From: Gammaproteobacteria bacterium
Lineage (GTDB): Bacteria > Pseudomonadota > Gammaproteobacteria > Magnimaribacterales > D2472
Assembly: GCA_023257795.1 (NCBI GenBank)
Contig: JALRBL010000072.1
Coordinates: 1 to 49,716, forward strand
DNA length: 49,716 nt
Direction of reading: 5' to 3'
The position numbers and the translations under genes are program-made. Under the pieces are notes generated by a model that saw only the letters and a list, made by a program, of their open reading frames with translations, made no database searches and was not told the origin of the DNA. Of this stretch, positions 17,189-28,862 are shown piece by piece. Every line of letters starts with the position of its first letter. The stretch's first letter is position 1.

Positions 17189-19194
17189 TTAGCTATTAAC
17201 TGATATTTGAGGTCTTTAATTTTATCTCTGCAAAAAGCAGCTCTCTCGAATTCTGTTGCTTTTGCAAAGTGATACATTTTCTCTTCAAGTAAATTAATTG
17301 TTAAAGAAATATTTTCAATAGAGTCAGTCTTAATCTCAAAACCTAACTCATCCTCAAAATTCTTTGGTTTATTTTTTGAGGCCCTTTTGTTTGATCTTGC
17401 GCCTTCCATAATATCTTTTACTTCTTTGATAATTGATTTTGGCTGTATGTTATTTTCTTTATTAAAAGCTATTTGTATATTTCTTCTGCGTGATGTCTCA
17501 TCAATTGCTCTTTGCATGGAACCTGTTACTTTATCTGCATACAAAATGGCTTTACCCCTAATATTCCTAGCCGCTCTTCCAATAGTTTGAATCAAGGTAC
17601 TCTCAGATCTTAAAAAACCTTCTTTATCAGCATCAAGAATTGCCACTAAACTTACCTCAGGGATATCCAGTCCCTCTCTTAGCAAATTAATTCCTACCAG
17701 AACATCAAAATGACCTAATCTTAGATCCCTTATAATTTCTACTCTTTCTACCGTATCAATATCCGAATGCATATATCTGGCCTTTAGACCACTCTCATTG
17801 AGGTAATCAGTTAAATCTTCTGCCATTCTTTTGGTAAGAGTAGTTATCAGAACTCTTTCTTTTAGAGCTGCTCGCTCATTACACTCGCCGATCACATCAT
17901 CAACTTGGGTTCCTGCGGGTCTTATTTCTACCTCAGGATCTATCAGACCAGTTGGTCTTACCAAGAGCTGAATAACATTATCGCTGTGCTCCATTTCGTA
18001 TTTACTTGGAGTAGCAGAGACATATACTCTCTGAGGAGTTAATAGTTCCCATTCTTCAAATCTTAACGGTCTGTTATCAAGAGCAGAAGGTAAACGAAAT
18101 CCATATTCAACTAGAGTCTCCTTTCTTGATCGATCTCCTTTATACATGCCTCCAATTTGAGGAACTGAAACGTGAGATTCATCCATAAAAACTATGGCAT
18201 TTTTGGGGATATAATCAAACAAACACGGTGGTGGCTCACCAGGTTTCCGACCTGATAAATATCTAGAGTAATTTTCTATTCCTTGGCAATATCCAAGCTC
18301 TGCCATCATTTCGAGATCATAGGTAGTTCTCTCCATCAATCTTTGAGCCTCAACTAGTTTTTCATGTTTCCTAAAGTAAGCAACTCTATCTTGGAGCTCT
18401 CTTTTGATATCCGAGAGAGAATCAAGAATAGTTTCTTTGGGGGTAACGTAATGTGTTTTTGGATGAATTGTTGCTCTTGGTACTTCATGGAGCAATTCTC
18501 CAGTCAAAGGATCAACCCAAGATAGACGCTCTATTTCATCTCCAAAGAGCTCTATCCTAAGTGCCTCTCTTTCAGAATCTGCTGGATGAACATCAATAAC
18601 ATCTCCTCTTACCCGGAAAGTGCCTCTTCTAAAATCAATATCATTACGGGTGTATTGCATAGATGCCAATCTTCTTAGTATGGATCGTTGCGCAATAATA
18701 TCTCCTCTATCAAGATGCAAAATCATATTTAAGTATGATTCTGGCGCACCCAAACCATATATGGCTGAGACCGTTGCCACGACCACTGTATCTTTTCTTT
18801 CAAGAAGGGCTTTAGTAGCTGACAACCTCATCTGCTCAATATGTTCATTGATAGATGCATCTTTGGCTATGTAAGTGTCTGAGGTAGGTACGTAGGCTTC
18901 TGGCTGATAATAGTCATAGTAAGAAACAAAATATTCAACAGAATTGTTTCGGAAATAATCTTTAAACTCTCCGTATAGCTGAGCTGCCAAAGTTTTGTTT
19001 GGCGCCATGATAATTCCAGGTCTTTGGGTTCTTTCAATAATCTTGGCCATGGTGTAAGTTTTTCCAGAGCCAGTCACACCCAAAAGAACCTGATGCAATA
19101 ACCCATCCTCAAGGCCTTCAACGATTGCATCAATTGCAGCAGGTTGATGTCCTGCTGGTTCGTAATGCGAATGTACTTTTAAAATTTTTGACAT
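17185..19194 (-). CDS. uvrB: Excinuclease ABC subunit B
   Basis: 669 aa with Walker [13 protein letters not shown], helicase motifs, and a C-terminal UVR domain ([15 protein letters not shown]). Confidence 0.97.
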   Translation of the reverse strand: MSKILKVHSHYEPAGHQPAAIDAIVEGLEDGLLHQVLLGVTGSGKTYTMAKIIERTQRPGIIMAPNKTLAAQLYGEFKDYFRNNSVEYFVSYYDYYQPEAYVPTSDTYIAKDASINEHIEQMRLSATKALLERKDTVVVATVSAIYGLGAPESYLNMILHLDRGDIIAQRSILRRLASMQYTRNDIDFRRGTFRVRGDVIDVHPADSEREALRIELFGDEIERLSWVDPLTGELLHEVPRATIHPKTHYVTPKETILDSLSDIKRELQDRVAYFRKHEKLVEAQRLMERTTYDLEMMAELGYCQGIENYSRYLSGRKPGEPPPCLFDYIPKNAIVFMDESHVSVPQIGGMYKGDRSRKETLVEYGFRLPSALDNRPLRFEEWELLTPQRVYVSATPSKYEMEHSDNVIQLLVRPTGLIDPEVEIRPAGTQVDDVIGECNERAALKERVLITTLTKRMAEDLTDYLNESGLKARYMHSDIDTVERVEIIRDLRLGHFDVLVGINLLREGLDIPEVSLVAILDADKEGFLRSESTLIQTIGRAARNIRGKAILYADKVTGSMQRAIDETSRRRNIQIAFNKENNIQPKSIIKEVKDIMEGARSNKRASKNKPKNFEDELGFEIKTDSIENISLTINLLEEKMYHFAKATEFERAAFCRDKIKDLKYQLIAN

Positions 19195-19246
19195 AAGTAA
19201 ATATATTACTTTGAGTTTTTTTTATTTATAATGCAAAACTTGTCGT

Positions 19247-19322
19247 TCCCCGATAGCTCAGTTGGTAGAGCAGTTGACTGTTAATCAATTGGTCGCAGGT
19301 TCGAGCCCTGCTCGGGGAGCCA
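19247..19322 (+). tRNA. tRNA-Asn (anticodon GTT)
   Basis: TCCCCGA-TA-GCTCAGTTGGTAGAGC-A-GTTGA-CTGTTAA-TCAAT-TGGTC-GCAGG-TTCGAGC-CCTGC-TCGGGGA-G-CCA. 76 nt, perfect 7-bp acceptor stem, CCA encoded. Confidence 0.95.
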
Positions 19323-19383
19323 CTTTCTGAAAGCTTCTTTATTGTTCTCTCCTAAATTAATAGTATTAATCCACTTTGATAGA

Positions 19384-19791
19384 TTATGAAAGATTCTCTA
19401 GAGCCAGAATCATTCTTTCTTGAACTTTTTGAAGGCCCTTGGTTGTTCTAATCATTACTTTGAAATCAATAATTTTTGATTCCTTGCTTATAGTAATTAA
19501 ATCCACACCATTTATAACAACATCGTCAATCATCGTCTCAAATTCAAGACAAAGTTGATCTTCATCCAATATTTTCCTTATATATTTGAACTGACCAAGA
19601 GAAAAAGTATCTGAAGCAGCCATTAAATAAAGTTTAGTTAAATCTTTTCCAGGCAGAGGCTTAAATAATACTGGGGAATGAAAATTAACATGATCATCTA
19701 ATATGGAATCCAAAAATTCTTCGTTATGTTTGGTGAAATTATTCATCCACTGTTCTAGGAAATTTTCTGCAGGTGTCATATTTTTTTCCAA
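19384..19791 (-). CDS. NTF2-like (SnoaL-like) fold small protein, function unknown
   Basis: 135 aa ORF with size and pattern suggestive of the NTF2-like superfamily only. The start may instead be ATG 19779, which forms an ATGA overlap with the cysS stop. Confidence 0.5.
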   Translation of the reverse strand: MEKNMTPAENFLEQWMNNFTKHNEEFLDSILDDHVNFHSPVLFKPLPGKDLTKLYLMAASDTFSLGQFKYIRKILDEDQLCLEFETMIDDVVINGVDLITISKESKIIDFKVMIRTTKGLQKVQERMILALENLS

Positions 19792-21149
19792 GTTGTTCCA
19801 TGGATACCATCATCAAGCATGATTCCAAGAGCCAACAGGTCATCACGAATAGTATCAGCTTTTGTAAAATCTTTATCAGCTCTGGCTTTATTTCTTGCTT
19901 TGATCTTCTCAAGAATCATTTCTTCATCGATCGTTGTTCCATATTGCAAAAAATTCTCAGCACTATCATTGAGAATTCCGAGGGTTCTGCCAATATAGAT
20001 CAGAGCAAATCTTAATCTCTTTTTCTCAACTTCTTGGGGATTCGAATTAATTTTTCTTACCATCTCAAACATGCTTCCAAACACTTGGGGTGTATTTAGA
20101 TCATCATTCATAGCAGCTTCAAAACTTTTAATTTCGTCCTTGATATCGTCAATATTTCCAACAATATCTGTATTATCCAGGGCTTGATATATTCTAGTAA
20201 GCGCAGATTTAGCATTTGCTAAAGAATCAGTATCAAAGCTTAATTCGCTGCGATAATGGCTGGATTGAAGAAAAAACCTAATAACCTCTGGATGATAATC
20301 GAGAATCAAATCTTTAATCAGTGCAAAGTTACCCAAGGATTTTGACATCTTTTCTCCTTGGATTTTTAGTAATCCAGAGTGAACCCAATAATTCACAAAT
20401 TTTTCTTTATTAGCACACTCAGATTGAGCAATTTCATTTTCATGATGAGGAAAAACTAGATCCGGGCCACCACCGTGGATATCAAAAGATTTGCCTAAAC
20501 TATTTTTTGACATTACTGAACATTCAATATGCCAACCAGGCCTACCCTGCCCCCAAGGTGATTCCCAACTTGGTTCATTTGGTTTGGCTTGCTTCCAAAG
20601 AACAAAATCATGCGGTTCCTCTTTTGCTATATCTTTTTCAATCCTTGCGCCTGCGATAAGCTCATCAATATTCTTATTAGATAAAGCACCGTATTCCTTA
20701 AAACTCTTTACTCTAAAAAATACATCTCCGTTCTTGCCAATATATGCATGCTCCATCTCAATCAGGTCAGCTATCATGCTAACCATGCCTTCAATATTTT
20801 GAGTTGCTCTTGGCTCGATTGATGGAGGTAATAGATTGAGAGAATTAAAATCTTCATGCATTTGAGTGATGGTTCGCTCTACAAGTGAATCAGTGGATTC
20901 CCCATTCTCATTGGCTCTTGTAATAATTTTGTCGTCAATATCTGTAATATTGCGAACGTAGTTCACTTCATAGCCCAAATGTTTTAGATACCTCGCCAGC
21001 ACATCAAAGGCAACGTAAGCTCTTGCGTGACCCAAATGACAAGAGTCATAAACCGTAACTCCGCATACATACATGCCTACCTTATTAGGTTGAATGCTTT
21101 TGAATCGCTCTTTCTTATTCGAAAGGGTGTTATAAAGTACTAGTGGCAT
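19776..21149 (-). CDS. cysS: Cysteine--tRNA ligase
   Basis: 457 aa with HIGH-type motif CHLGHARAY, zinc-site GWHIEC, and KMSKS. Confidence 0.97.
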   Translation of the reverse strand: MPLVLYNTLSNKKERFKSIQPNKVGMYVCGVTVYDSCHLGHARAYVAFDVLARYLKHLGYEVNYVRNITDIDDKIITRANENGESTDSLVERTITQMHEDFNSLNLLPPSIEPRATQNIEGMVSMIADLIEMEHAYIGKNGDVFFRVKSFKEYGALSNKNIDELIAGARIEKDIAKEEPHDFVLWKQAKPNEPSWESPWGQGRPGWHIECSVMSKNSLGKSFDIHGGGPDLVFPHHENEIAQSECANKEKFVNYWVHSGLLKIQGEKMSKSLGNFALIKDLILDYHPEVIRFFLQSSHYRSELSFDTDSLANAKSALTRIYQALDNTDIVGNIDDIKDEIKSFEAAMNDDLNTPQVFGSMFEMVRKINSNPQEVEKKRLRFALIYIGRTLGILNDSAENFLQYGTTIDEEMILEKIKARNKARADKDFTKADTIRDDLLALGIMLDDGIHGTTWKKI

Positions 21150-21195
21150 AAAAAATTATTATAATAGTCTTATAATTAATCATAAAAACTAAATC

Positions 21196-21810
21196 ATGAT
21201 TTTCGCGCGTCATTATAAGCATAATCTAAGTGCAATAATTTTAATTCTATTAATTGGCTTAGCATTTGTAGGTTGCTCGAATTATGAAAATTCTGAGGAG
21301 AAACTTATGCCAGTTGCAACCATTAATACTTCTGTTGGAGATATTCATCTTGAACTCAATTCTGAAGCTGCCCCAATTACTGTGAAGAACTTTATAGACT
21401 TGGCAAATGCTGGTTATTATGAAGGAACCATTTTTCATCGAATTATTGAGGGCTTTATGATTCAAGGAGGAGGCTTAACTGCTGATATGGCTAATAAATC
21501 ATCAGGCACTGCTCCAATTACTAATGAAGCCAATAATGGATTACCAAATAATAGAGGTACCATAGCCATGGCGCGGACTATGGATCCTCATTCTGCAACT
21601 AGCCAATTTTTCATTAATCATAAAGATAATAGTTTTCTGAATTTTACAGCTGAAAACACTCAAGGATGGGGTTATGCGGTATTTGGTCAAGTAATTAGCG
21701 GCATGGATGTTGTCGATCAAATTGCAATCTCAGCAACTACTACCGTCAATGGTTACCAAGATGCTCCTGTAGAGCCTGTGACAATACTTTCCGTCACTAT
21801 TGATGAATGA
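21196..21810 (+). CDS. Cyclophilin-type peptidyl-prolyl cis-trans isomerase, exported/lipoprotein form
   Basis: 204 aa with lipobox AFVGC|S, then FHRIIEGFMIQGGG, GTIAMAR and SQFFIN. Confidence 0.9.
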   Translation: MIFARHYKHNLSAIILILLIGLAFVGCSNYENSEEKLMPVATINTSVGDIHLELNSEAAPITVKNFIDLANAGYYEGTIFHRIIEGFMIQGGGLTADMANKSSGTAPITNEANNGLPNNRGTIAMARTMDPHSATSQFFINHKDNSFLNFTAENTQGWGYAVFGQVISGMDVVDQIAISATTTVNGYQDAPVEPVTILSVTIDE

Positions 21811-22517
21811 ATTTAGCTTTTATTTCTGATCTGCACTTATCTGAAGAAACACTCGAACTCAATAGCGCTTTTTTTAATTTTTTAAATAGACACAATAACG
21901 CCTTTGATCAGCTCTTCATATTAGGAGATCTTTTTGAAGTTTGGTTAGGCGATGACGATACCTCCTCGTTTACGAATGACATTAGCAATGCGCTATCTAA
22001 GTTTTCTCAAAAGGGTACCGAAATATTTTTTATTCACGGTAATAGAGACTTTCTTATTGGCAAGAATTTTTTAGCTCGCTCTGAAATGACACTTCTCTCT
22101 GATCCTTTTATTTTTGAGTTCTTTGATAAGAAAATTGCCCTCTCCCATGGAGATATCTTTTGCACAGATGATCTTGATTATCAAAATTTCAAAAAAGAAG
22201 TTCGAACTCAAACATGGCAAAATAACTTTTTAAGTAAATCATTACTCGAAAGAAAGCAGATTGCCGTCAATATGCGAGATGCAAGCAAATCCTTAAGTAT
22301 GCAAAAACAATCTACCATCATGGATGTCAATGAAAATGCAGTTCAAAAATTTGCTGAAGCATATAGTATTGATGTTCTCATTCATGGTCATACTCATCGC
22401 CCGAATACACATACGTATGAAAATTTTGAACGCATTGTGTTGGGTGACTGGTCTAAATACGGCTGGGTTATAACTTTAGAAGATCATAAATCAAAATTAG
22501 AAAAATTTACTCTGTAG
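21807..22517 (+). CDS. lpxH: UDP-2,3-diacylglucosamine diphosphatase
   Basis: 236 aa calcineurin-like phosphoesterase with ISDLHL, GDLFEVWLGDDD, HGNRDFLIG and HGHTHRP. The cysS / ppi-lpxH synteny matches E. coli. Confidence 0.88.
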   Translation: MNLAFISDLHLSEETLELNSAFFNFLNRHNNAFDQLFILGDLFEVWLGDDDTSSFTNDISNALSKFSQKGTEIFFIHGNRDFLIGKNFLARSEMTLLSDPFIFEFFDKKIALSHGDIFCTDDLDYQNFKKEVRTQTWQNNFLSKSLLERKQIAVNMRDASKSLSMQKQSTIMDVNENAVQKFAEAYSIDVLIHGHTHRPNTHTYENFERIVLGDWSKYGWVITLEDHKSKLEKFTL

Positions 22518-22537
22518 AAAAATTCTGAACTCATTTA

Positions 22538-22557
22538 TACTGTATATTTATACAGTA
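22538..22557. promoter_or_regulatory. LexA operator (SOS box) of umuDC
   Basis: TACTGTATATTTATACAGTA is a perfect CTGT-N8-ACAG palindrome with TA flanks. It ends 5 nt before the umuD ATG. A TATACT -10 candidate (22536-22541) overlaps the left half-site. Confidence 0.9.
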
Positions 22558-22562
22558 TTTTT

Positions 22563-22991
22563 ATGATTAAGTTTATTGGCTTCATAGATTCTATTGTCTC
22601 CGATAATGAGACCATTCCAATGATATTGGAAAAAGTATCGCTGGGCTTTCCTAGTCCAGCTAATGACTATCTGGAAACGCCCATCAATCTGAATCACTAT
22701 CTTATTAAGAATCCAGCAGCAACTTTTCTATTAAGAGTTAGTGGGCAGTCTATGGTCGATGCTCATATTGGAGATCAAAGTATTTTGATTGTTGATAGAA
22801 GCATCAAACCTAAACATCATGATATTGTTGTGGCGTCCTTAGATGGAGAGTTTTTATGCAAAAGACTGCAATTAAAGCCTCGAATTGCATTGCTACCAGA
22901 AAATAAAGATTATCAACCCATTTATATAAACGATGGCAATCATTTAGAGGTGATGGGTGTAGTGACTACTTGCATTAATCAATATATATGA
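22563..22991 (+). CDS. umuD: Translesion polymerase V accessory subunit UmuD (S24 peptidase)
   Basis: 142 aa. [14 protein letters not shown] (Ser nucleophile) and GEFLCKRL (Lys) are collinear with E. coli UmuD. An SOS box lies immediately upstream. Confidence 0.93.
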   Translation: MIKFIGFIDSIVSDNETIPMILEKVSLGFPSPANDYLETPINLNHYLIKNPAATFLLRVSGQSMVDAHIGDQSILIVDRSIKPKHHDIVVASLDGEFLCKRLQLKPRIALLPENKDYQPIYINDGNHLEVMGVVTTCINQYI

Positions 22992-24265
22992 GCTTTGCAT
23001 TGATAGATTGCGATAGCTTCTATGCATCATGTGAACGTATTTTCAGACCGGATCTAGCTTGCAAGCCAGTCGTTGTGCTATCGAACAATGATGGTTGCGT
23101 AATTGCACGAAGTAAAGAAGCAAAGGCCTTAGGTGTAGGCATGGGAGTTCCATGGTTCAAGGTAAAGAATCATTATCTCCAACACCAAGGTACAGTCTTT
23201 TCTTCCAATTTTGCTCTCTACGGAGATATCTCAAACCGTATGATGCATATACTTTCTTCATTTTCTAAAAAAATAGAGGTTTACAGCATAGACGAAGCAT
23301 TTATTGAGGTGCCTCATTCACTAGTAATAAATCCAGAACAGCTAAAGCTTTGGGGCCAGGATATCAGGCAATGCATTAAAACATGGCTTGGTATACCTGT
23401 GAGAATAGGTATTGCTCCAACCAAGACATTGACCAAGATAGCGAGTTACCTTGCAAAGCATAATATTGAAGATCATGGAGTATGCGTCATATCGAATAAT
23501 CCATATACCATCAATCAATACCTCAAACAGGTACCTATCAATGAGGTCTGGGGAATAGGAAGGCGTTTATATCGACATCTAAGCGATCAAGGCATGAAGA
23601 GCGCCTATGATCTATCTCGCATGAATACCCAAATGATTAGAAAAAAATACAGCGTGGTTCTTGAAAGGCTTGTAAGAGAATTAAGAGGCGAAGCATGCCT
23701 TGCGCTTAATAAAGAGCAAGACCCTAAAAAACAAATCATAGTAAGTCGAAGCTTTGCCAAGAAAGTAACCAGTCTTGAAGAATTGCATCCCATAGTGAAT
23801 GATTTTGTAGTACGAGGTTTTGAAAAATTAAGAACTGAGAAACAGCTCTGTACAAAGATCAGCGTCTTTATACGTACTAGTGCATTCAATAAAAATAGTC
23901 CTAGTTATCAAGGGTTTGATAGCTTCATTTACACGCACGCAACACAAGACACCAGACAAGGACTTAGGGCTGCAAGAAGAATCTTGCATAAAGTTTTTAT
24001 GCCAGCTCACGAATATGTAAAAGCAGGCATCATTCTTAACGATTTCAATGGAATAAAAAATTTTCAGCAAGCTGATTTATTTGAACAACCTAGCTCACAA
24101 GACACTAATAGCATCCAGCTGATGAATGCTCTAGATAGCATTAATAAAGAATGTAGAACAGTATATTTTGCTTCACAAAACCAAATTGGTTATACCGCCA
24201 TGAGAAGATCTATGGTGTCTCCAAGATATACAACGAACATCAATGAATTACCGGTGGTTAAATAG
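22988..24265 (+). CDS. umuC: Y-family DNA polymerase V catalytic subunit UmuC
   Basis: 425 aa with [36 protein letters not shown] and YSIDEAF. ATGA overlap with umuD. Confidence 0.95.
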   Translation: MSFALIDCDSFYASCERIFRPDLACKPVVVLSNNDGCVIARSKEAKALGVGMGVPWFKVKNHYLQHQGTVFSSNFALYGDISNRMMHILSSFSKKIEVYSIDEAFIEVPHSLVINPEQLKLWGQDIRQCIKTWLGIPVRIGIAPTKTLTKIASYLAKHNIEDHGVCVISNNPYTINQYLKQVPINEVWGIGRRLYRHLSDQGMKSAYDLSRMNTQMIRKKYSVVLERLVRELRGEACLALNKEQDPKKQIIVSRSFAKKVTSLEELHPIVNDFVVRGFEKLRTEKQLCTKISVFIRTSAFNKNSPSYQGFDSFIYTHATQDTRQGLRAARRILHKVFMPAHEYVKAGIILNDFNGIKNFQQADLFEQPSSQDTNSIQLMNALDSINKECRTVYFASQNQIGYTAMRRSMVSPRYTTNINELPVVK

Positions 24266-24701
24266 AGAAATATCTATCGTAATGAGCCTGAGATAACTCA
24301 AATAGTTCTTTATTTATGAGCTCTTTGAGCTCTCCTAATGAATAGCTTGAATAATCTAAATGAATAGAAATACCAAATTTATCTATATTGAGATCTTGAG
24401 ATCCAGATGCTCTAAGTAAATCAAAAATCCAGGTTAATGGATCAAGAGAGTCATTAAAACTAATTGAATAAGCATGTAGCTGATTGGCCAAAATTTCAGA
24501 ATCAAAGACAACAAACTTTTCCTTTAAAACGGTAACTTTAAAAGATTCCAAGCGAGTGTTTACATTAATCTTTTCAGCTTCATTATAGGTGGTCCAATTA
24601 ATTACTTCGTGAACAAATCTTTTGCATCCCCTGCATACATCATCTCCATAGGTAGTAGAGCAGATACCAAGGCACGGGGTGGCAGACTTTGTCTTTTTCA
24701 T
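24258..24701 (-). CDS. DUF1289-type Cys-rich protein
   Basis: 147 aa. The N-terminal [29 protein letters not shown] is the DUF1289 signature. The rest has no recognisable motif. Confidence 0.7.
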   Translation of the reverse strand: MKKTKSATPCLGICSTTYGDDVCRGCKRFVHEVINWTTYNEAEKINVNTRLESFKVTVLKEKFVVFDSEILANQLHAYSISFNDSLDPLTWIFDLLRASGSQDLNIDKFGISIHLDYSSYSLGELKELINKELFELSQAHYDRYFSI

Positions 24702-24793
24702 TGAAATAAATCATACATTAAATATGAAAGAACGTGGTTTTTAGTGGAGACAAAGCTCAATGAGAAGTAAAATACACGCCATTGGAGTGAGCT

Positions 24794-27379
24794 ATGCTAG
24801 AAAATTATAAAAAACATTGCGATGAAAGAGCCCAGGAAGGTATTCCACCACTGCCGTTGAATGCAGATCAAGTTGCGCAATTAACAGAATTAATAAAAGT
24901 AGAAAATTCAGAAGCAGAACTTCTCATAGATCTTTTAGAAAATAGAGTCCCAGCTGGAGTCGATCAAGCAGCATATGTCAAAGCAGGATTTCTAGCAGAT
25001 ATTGCTAAAGGCAAAACTACTAGCCCTTATATAACAAAACAAAAGGCCGTAAAGCTTCTTGGCACAATGCTTGGTGGGTACAACATTGCTCCTCTTATTG
25101 AGTGTCTCAAAGATCATGAGCTTGGTAAAGATGCAGCCGAAGCTTTAAGCAATACTTTGCTAATTTTTGATGCATTTAATGAAATTTTTGAGCTTTCAAA
25201 GACTAATGAACATGCAAAAGAAGTCATCGATAATTGGGCTCAAGCATCTTGGTTTACCGGAAAGAAAAAATTAGAAAAAGAAATTAAGCTAACCGTGTTT
25301 AAAGTGCCTGGTGAGATTAACACAGACGATCTCTCGCCTGCACAAGATGCGTGGTCAAGACCTGATATACCATTGCATGCTCTTGCCATGCTAAAAAATC
25401 CTCGCGAGGGCCTCAATCGCGATCCTTTAGAAACCATTCAAGAGCTTAAAGCTAATGGCAATCCTATAGTTTTTGTTGGTGATGTTGTAGGCACTGGTTC
25501 ATCAAGAAAATCAGCAACTAATTCATTGCTGTGGCATATTGGCGAAGATATTCCAAATATTCCAAATAAAAAAGAGGGTGGCTATGTTCTAGGTGGGAAA
25601 ATTGCTCCTATCTTTTTCAACACCCTTGAAGATGCAGGCGCTTTAGCAATTGAATGTGATGTAAGTAAACTCACCACGGGTCAAGAAATTATTATCAAAC
25701 CTTACGAAGGAAAGATTATTGACTCCCAAAGCCAAAATGAAATTACTAATTTTCAATTAAAAACTAATGTTATCCTTGATGAAGTGAGAGCTAATGGCAG
25801 AATTAACTTAATCATAGGAAGACAGTTAACCGATAAAACCAGGACAGCGCTCGGCGAAGATGTTTCGGATGTCTTTGTGAGACCTCATAGCGATAAAACT
25901 AATAAGGCTGGTTATACCTTGGCTCAAAAAATGGTTGGTAAAGCATGTGGTGTTCAAGGGGTAAGACCAGGGGATTATTGTGAACCAATGATGACAACCG
26001 TTGGTTCCCAAGATACCACAGGGCCTATGACAAGAGATGAACTAAAAGAATTAGCTTGCCTAGGGTTTTCAGCTGACCTTGTTATGCAATCATTTTGTCA
26101 CACTGCTGCTTATCCAAAGCCTGTAGATATAGAAACACAGCACACGCTGCCTGATTTTATTATGACCAGAGGTGGAGTTTCTTTAAAACCAGGCGATGGG
26201 ATCATCCACTCATGGCTGAATAGAATGTTGTTGCCTGATACAGTTGGCACTGGTGGAGATAGCCATACAAGATTTCCCATTGGAATAAGTTTTCCAGCAG
26301 GATCAGGACTGGTTGCATTTGCAGCTACACTTGGAGTGATGCCATTAGACATGCCAGAATCAGTATTGGTTAGATTTCATGGTGAGATGCAACCTGGAAT
26401 CACCCTAAGAGATTTAGTAAATGCAATTCCTTATGCAGCTATTCAGCAAGGTCATCTTACTGTCGCAAAAGAGGGCAAAAAGAATGTCTTTTCTGGAAGA
26501 TGTCTAGAAGTAGAAGGCTTACCTCACTTAAAAGTGGAACAAGCATTTGAGATCTCTGATGCATCTGCAGAAAGATCAGCCTCTGGTTGCACAATTAAAC
26601 TAGATAAAGAACCCATTATTGAATACCTTAATTCAAATATTGTTCTTCTGCGGTGGATGATTGCAAATGGGTATGGTGACGCTAGAACCCTTGAAAGGAG
26701 AGCTAAAGCAATGGAAGATTGGATTAAAAATCCTGAGTTGCTAGAAGCTGATAAAGATGCAGAGTATGCTGCGGTAATTGAAATAGATTTAAATCAGATT
26801 AAAGAACCATTACTTGCCTGTCCAAATGATCCAGACGATATCAAACCACTTTCTGAGGTTGCAAATACAAAAATTGATGAAGTCTTTATTGGTTCATGCA
26901 TGACAAATATTGGTCATTTTAGAGCTGCAGGTCATCTGCTTAAAAAATATAAATCTATTCCAACTAGATTGTGGGTAGTGCCTCCAACAAAAATGGACCA
27001 ACATCAATTAATTGAGGAAGGCATATACAATGTATTTGGCACAGCTGGAGCAAGAACAGAAGTTCCAGGATGCTCTCTTTGTATGGGAAACCAAGCAAGG
27101 GTTGCATCAGGCTCTACAGTTATTTCCACATCCACTAGAAACTTTCCTAACAGACTGGGAGACGGAGCAAATGTATTTTTAGGATCTGCAGAACTTTCAG
27201 CAGTATCTGCAGTACTAGGTAAGTTACCTTCTCTAAAAGAATATCTTGAAATAATGCAAGACATAGATCCTTTAAGCTCAGAGATCTATAGATACCTAAA
27301 CTTTAACGAAATAGAGAGTTATCTTAAAGCAGCAAACAAAGGTAATATTTCTGCTATAAATGTTGTTGAAAAAAACTAA
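24794..27379 (+). CDS. acnB: Aconitate hydratase B / 2-methylisocitrate dehydratase
   Basis: 861 aa. [26 protein letters not shown] is the AcnB HEAT-like N-terminus. Fe-S ligand regions are GSCMTN and [15 protein letters not shown] lies 9 nt upstream of the ATG. Confidence 0.96.
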   Translation: MLENYKKHCDERAQEGIPPLPLNADQVAQLTELIKVENSEAELLIDLLENRVPAGVDQAAYVKAGFLADIAKGKTTSPYITKQKAVKLLGTMLGGYNIAPLIECLKDHELGKDAAEALSNTLLIFDAFNEIFELSKTNEHAKEVIDNWAQASWFTGKKKLEKEIKLTVFKVPGEINTDDLSPAQDAWSRPDIPLHALAMLKNPREGLNRDPLETIQELKANGNPIVFVGDVVGTGSSRKSATNSLLWHIGEDIPNIPNKKEGGYVLGGKIAPIFFNTLEDAGALAIECDVSKLTTGQEIIIKPYEGKIIDSQSQNEITNFQLKTNVILDEVRANGRINLIIGRQLTDKTRTALGEDVSDVFVRPHSDKTNKAGYTLAQKMVGKACGVQGVRPGDYCEPMMTTVGSQDTTGPMTRDELKELACLGFSADLVMQSFCHTAAYPKPVDIETQHTLPDFIMTRGGVSLKPGDGIIHSWLNRMLLPDTVGTGGDSHTRFPIGISFPAGSGLVAFAATLGVMPLDMPESVLVRFHGEMQPGITLRDLVNAIPYAAIQQGHLTVAKEGKKNVFSGRCLEVEGLPHLKVEQAFEISDASAERSASGCTIKLDKEPIIEYLNSNIVLLRWMIANGYGDARTLERRAKAMEDWIKNPELLEADKDAEYAAVIEIDLNQIKEPLLACPNDPDDIKPLSEVANTKIDEVFIGSCMTNIGHFRAAGHLLKKYKSIPTRLWVVPPTKMDQHQLIEEGIYNVFGTAGARTEVPGCSLCMGNQARVASGSTVISTSTRNFPNRLGDGANVFLGSAELSAVSAVLGKLPSLKEYLEIMQDIDPLSSEIYRYLNFNEIESYLKAANKGNISAINVVEKN

Positions 27380-28854
27380 GCTTTTTCTCTGACAACTTTT
27401 TTAGCATCGGCTCGTTTTGCTTCAAGCTCCTCTAGATAGTTATCTGCCATTCTAGTTGGGTACTGGCCAGTGAAAATTGAGTCTTCGAACTGTTTGATTT
27501 CTGGATTTCCTTCGGATGCACTAGCAATAAGGTCTTCTAGATCTTGATAAATCAGATAATCAGCTCCTATCTCACGAGCAACCTCTTCAATCGATTTATT
27601 TGCAGCAACCAGTTCTTCGGTGGCAGCCATATCAATACCATAAAGATTTTGAAATCTTACTGGCGGAGCTGCAGATGCAAAATAAACTTTTTTTGCACCA
27701 GCTTCTCTGGCCATTTCAATAATTTTTTTACTAGTAGTTCCCCTAACAATAGAATCATCGACAAGCAGTACATTTTTATCTTTAAATTCAAGATCTAAAA
27801 TATTTAATTTTCTTCTTACTGATTTTTTTCTTTCTTCCTGATAAGGCATAATAAAAGTTCTTCCAACATATCTGTTCTTAACAAAACCTTGTCGATATTC
27901 AATGCCTATCTCTCGTGCAAGCTGAAGTGCGGCAGTTGTTGAGCTGTCGGGAATAGGAATGACAACATCAATGTCGTGATCTGGATAATCTCTTAGGATT
28001 TTAGCTGCTAATCTCTTACCCATTCTCATTCTAGACTTATAAACGGAAATCTCATCAATTGTAGAGTCTGGTCTAGCTAGATATACATATTCAAAGATAC
28101 AGGGCATGTGCAATGGATTGAGACAACATACTTTTGAGTATAGGCTTCCGTCCTTAGTAATAAATACTGCCTCTCCAGGCAAGACATCACGAAGTGTTTT
28201 GAAGCCAAGAGCGCTAAAGAGTGCATTTTCAGAAGCAACAATATATTCCTTTTGAGTCTTGCCCTCTCTGACTCCAATAACCAATGGACGAATTCCCAAG
28301 GGGTCTCGAAAAGCCAAGATCCCAACATCAGTAATTAGTGTAACGACTGCATAGGCGCCAGAACATCTGATGTGAGTTTTAGAAACTGCTTGAAATAAGT
28401 GTTCAGGCATAGGTTTTATTGCTTTTTGTTTTGCTAGTTCGTGAGCAAATATATTTAGCAGGACTTCAGAATCAGAATCAGTATTAAGATGCCTCATTTC
28501 CGCAAAAAATAATTCCTTTGCTAGATCGGCAGAGTTAGTAAGATTGCCATTATGTGCCAAGCTAATTCCGTATGGTGAGTTTACATACATGGGTTGGGCA
28601 AATTCTTTCCCTGCACCTCCGGCAGTAGGATATCGAACATGACCTATTCCATAACAGCCCTCAAGTTTAAACATATGACGTTGCTGGAATACATCTCGAA
28701 CATACCCCATAGATTTCCTGCTATGAAGTCTTCCTTGTGCATCACAAACCACCATGCCAGCTGCATCTTGACCCCTATGCTGCAGCATAAGAAGAGATTC
28801 ATAGATATCTTGAGCAACTCGATTTTCTGCAACTATTCCAATGATTCCACACAT
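27376..28854 (-). CDS. purF: Amidophosphoribosyltransferase
   Basis: 492 aa with MCGIIGI (N-terminal Cys nucleophile), GHVRYPTAG and the PRPP loop [13 protein letters not shown]. Confidence 0.97.
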   Translation of the reverse strand: MCGIIGIVAENRVAQDIYESLLMLQHRGQDAAGMVVCDAQGRLHSRKSMGYVRDVFQQRHMFKLEGCYGIGHVRYPTAGGAGKEFAQPMYVNSPYGISLAHNGNLTNSADLAKELFFAEMRHLNTDSDSEVLLNIFAHELAKQKAIKPMPEHLFQAVSKTHIRCSGAYAVVTLITDVGILAFRDPLGIRPLVIGVREGKTQKEYIVASENALFSALGFKTLRDVLPGEAVFITKDGSLYSKVCCLNPLHMPCIFEYVYLARPDSTIDEISVYKSRMRMGKRLAAKILRDYPDHDIDVVIPIPDSSTTAALQLAREIGIEYRQGFVKNRYVGRTFIMPYQEERKKSVRRKLNILDLEFKDKNVLLVDDSIVRGTTSKKIIEMAREAGAKKVYFASAAPPVRFQNLYGIDMAATEELVAANKSIEEVAREIGADYLIYQDLEDLIASASEGNPEIKQFEDSIFTGQYPTRMADNYLEELEAKRADAKKVVREKA

Positions 28855-28862
28855 AATAAAAA

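Noticed and set aside
19211-19232. Putative tRNA-Asn promoter (TTGAGT ... TATAAT)
   Set aside because: TATAAT at 19227-19232 is well placed, about 15 nt before the mature 5' end. However, the only TTGnnn hexamer is 10 bp away, which is the wrong spacing, and TATAAT-like strings are common in this AT-rich DNA. The evidence is too weak to list as a feature.
19323-19350. Possible terminator hairpin after tRNA-Asn (CTTTCTGAAAGCTTCTTTATT)
   Set aside because: The stems are only 3-5 bp, AT-rich, and have loops that are too small. This is not convincing as an intrinsic terminator.
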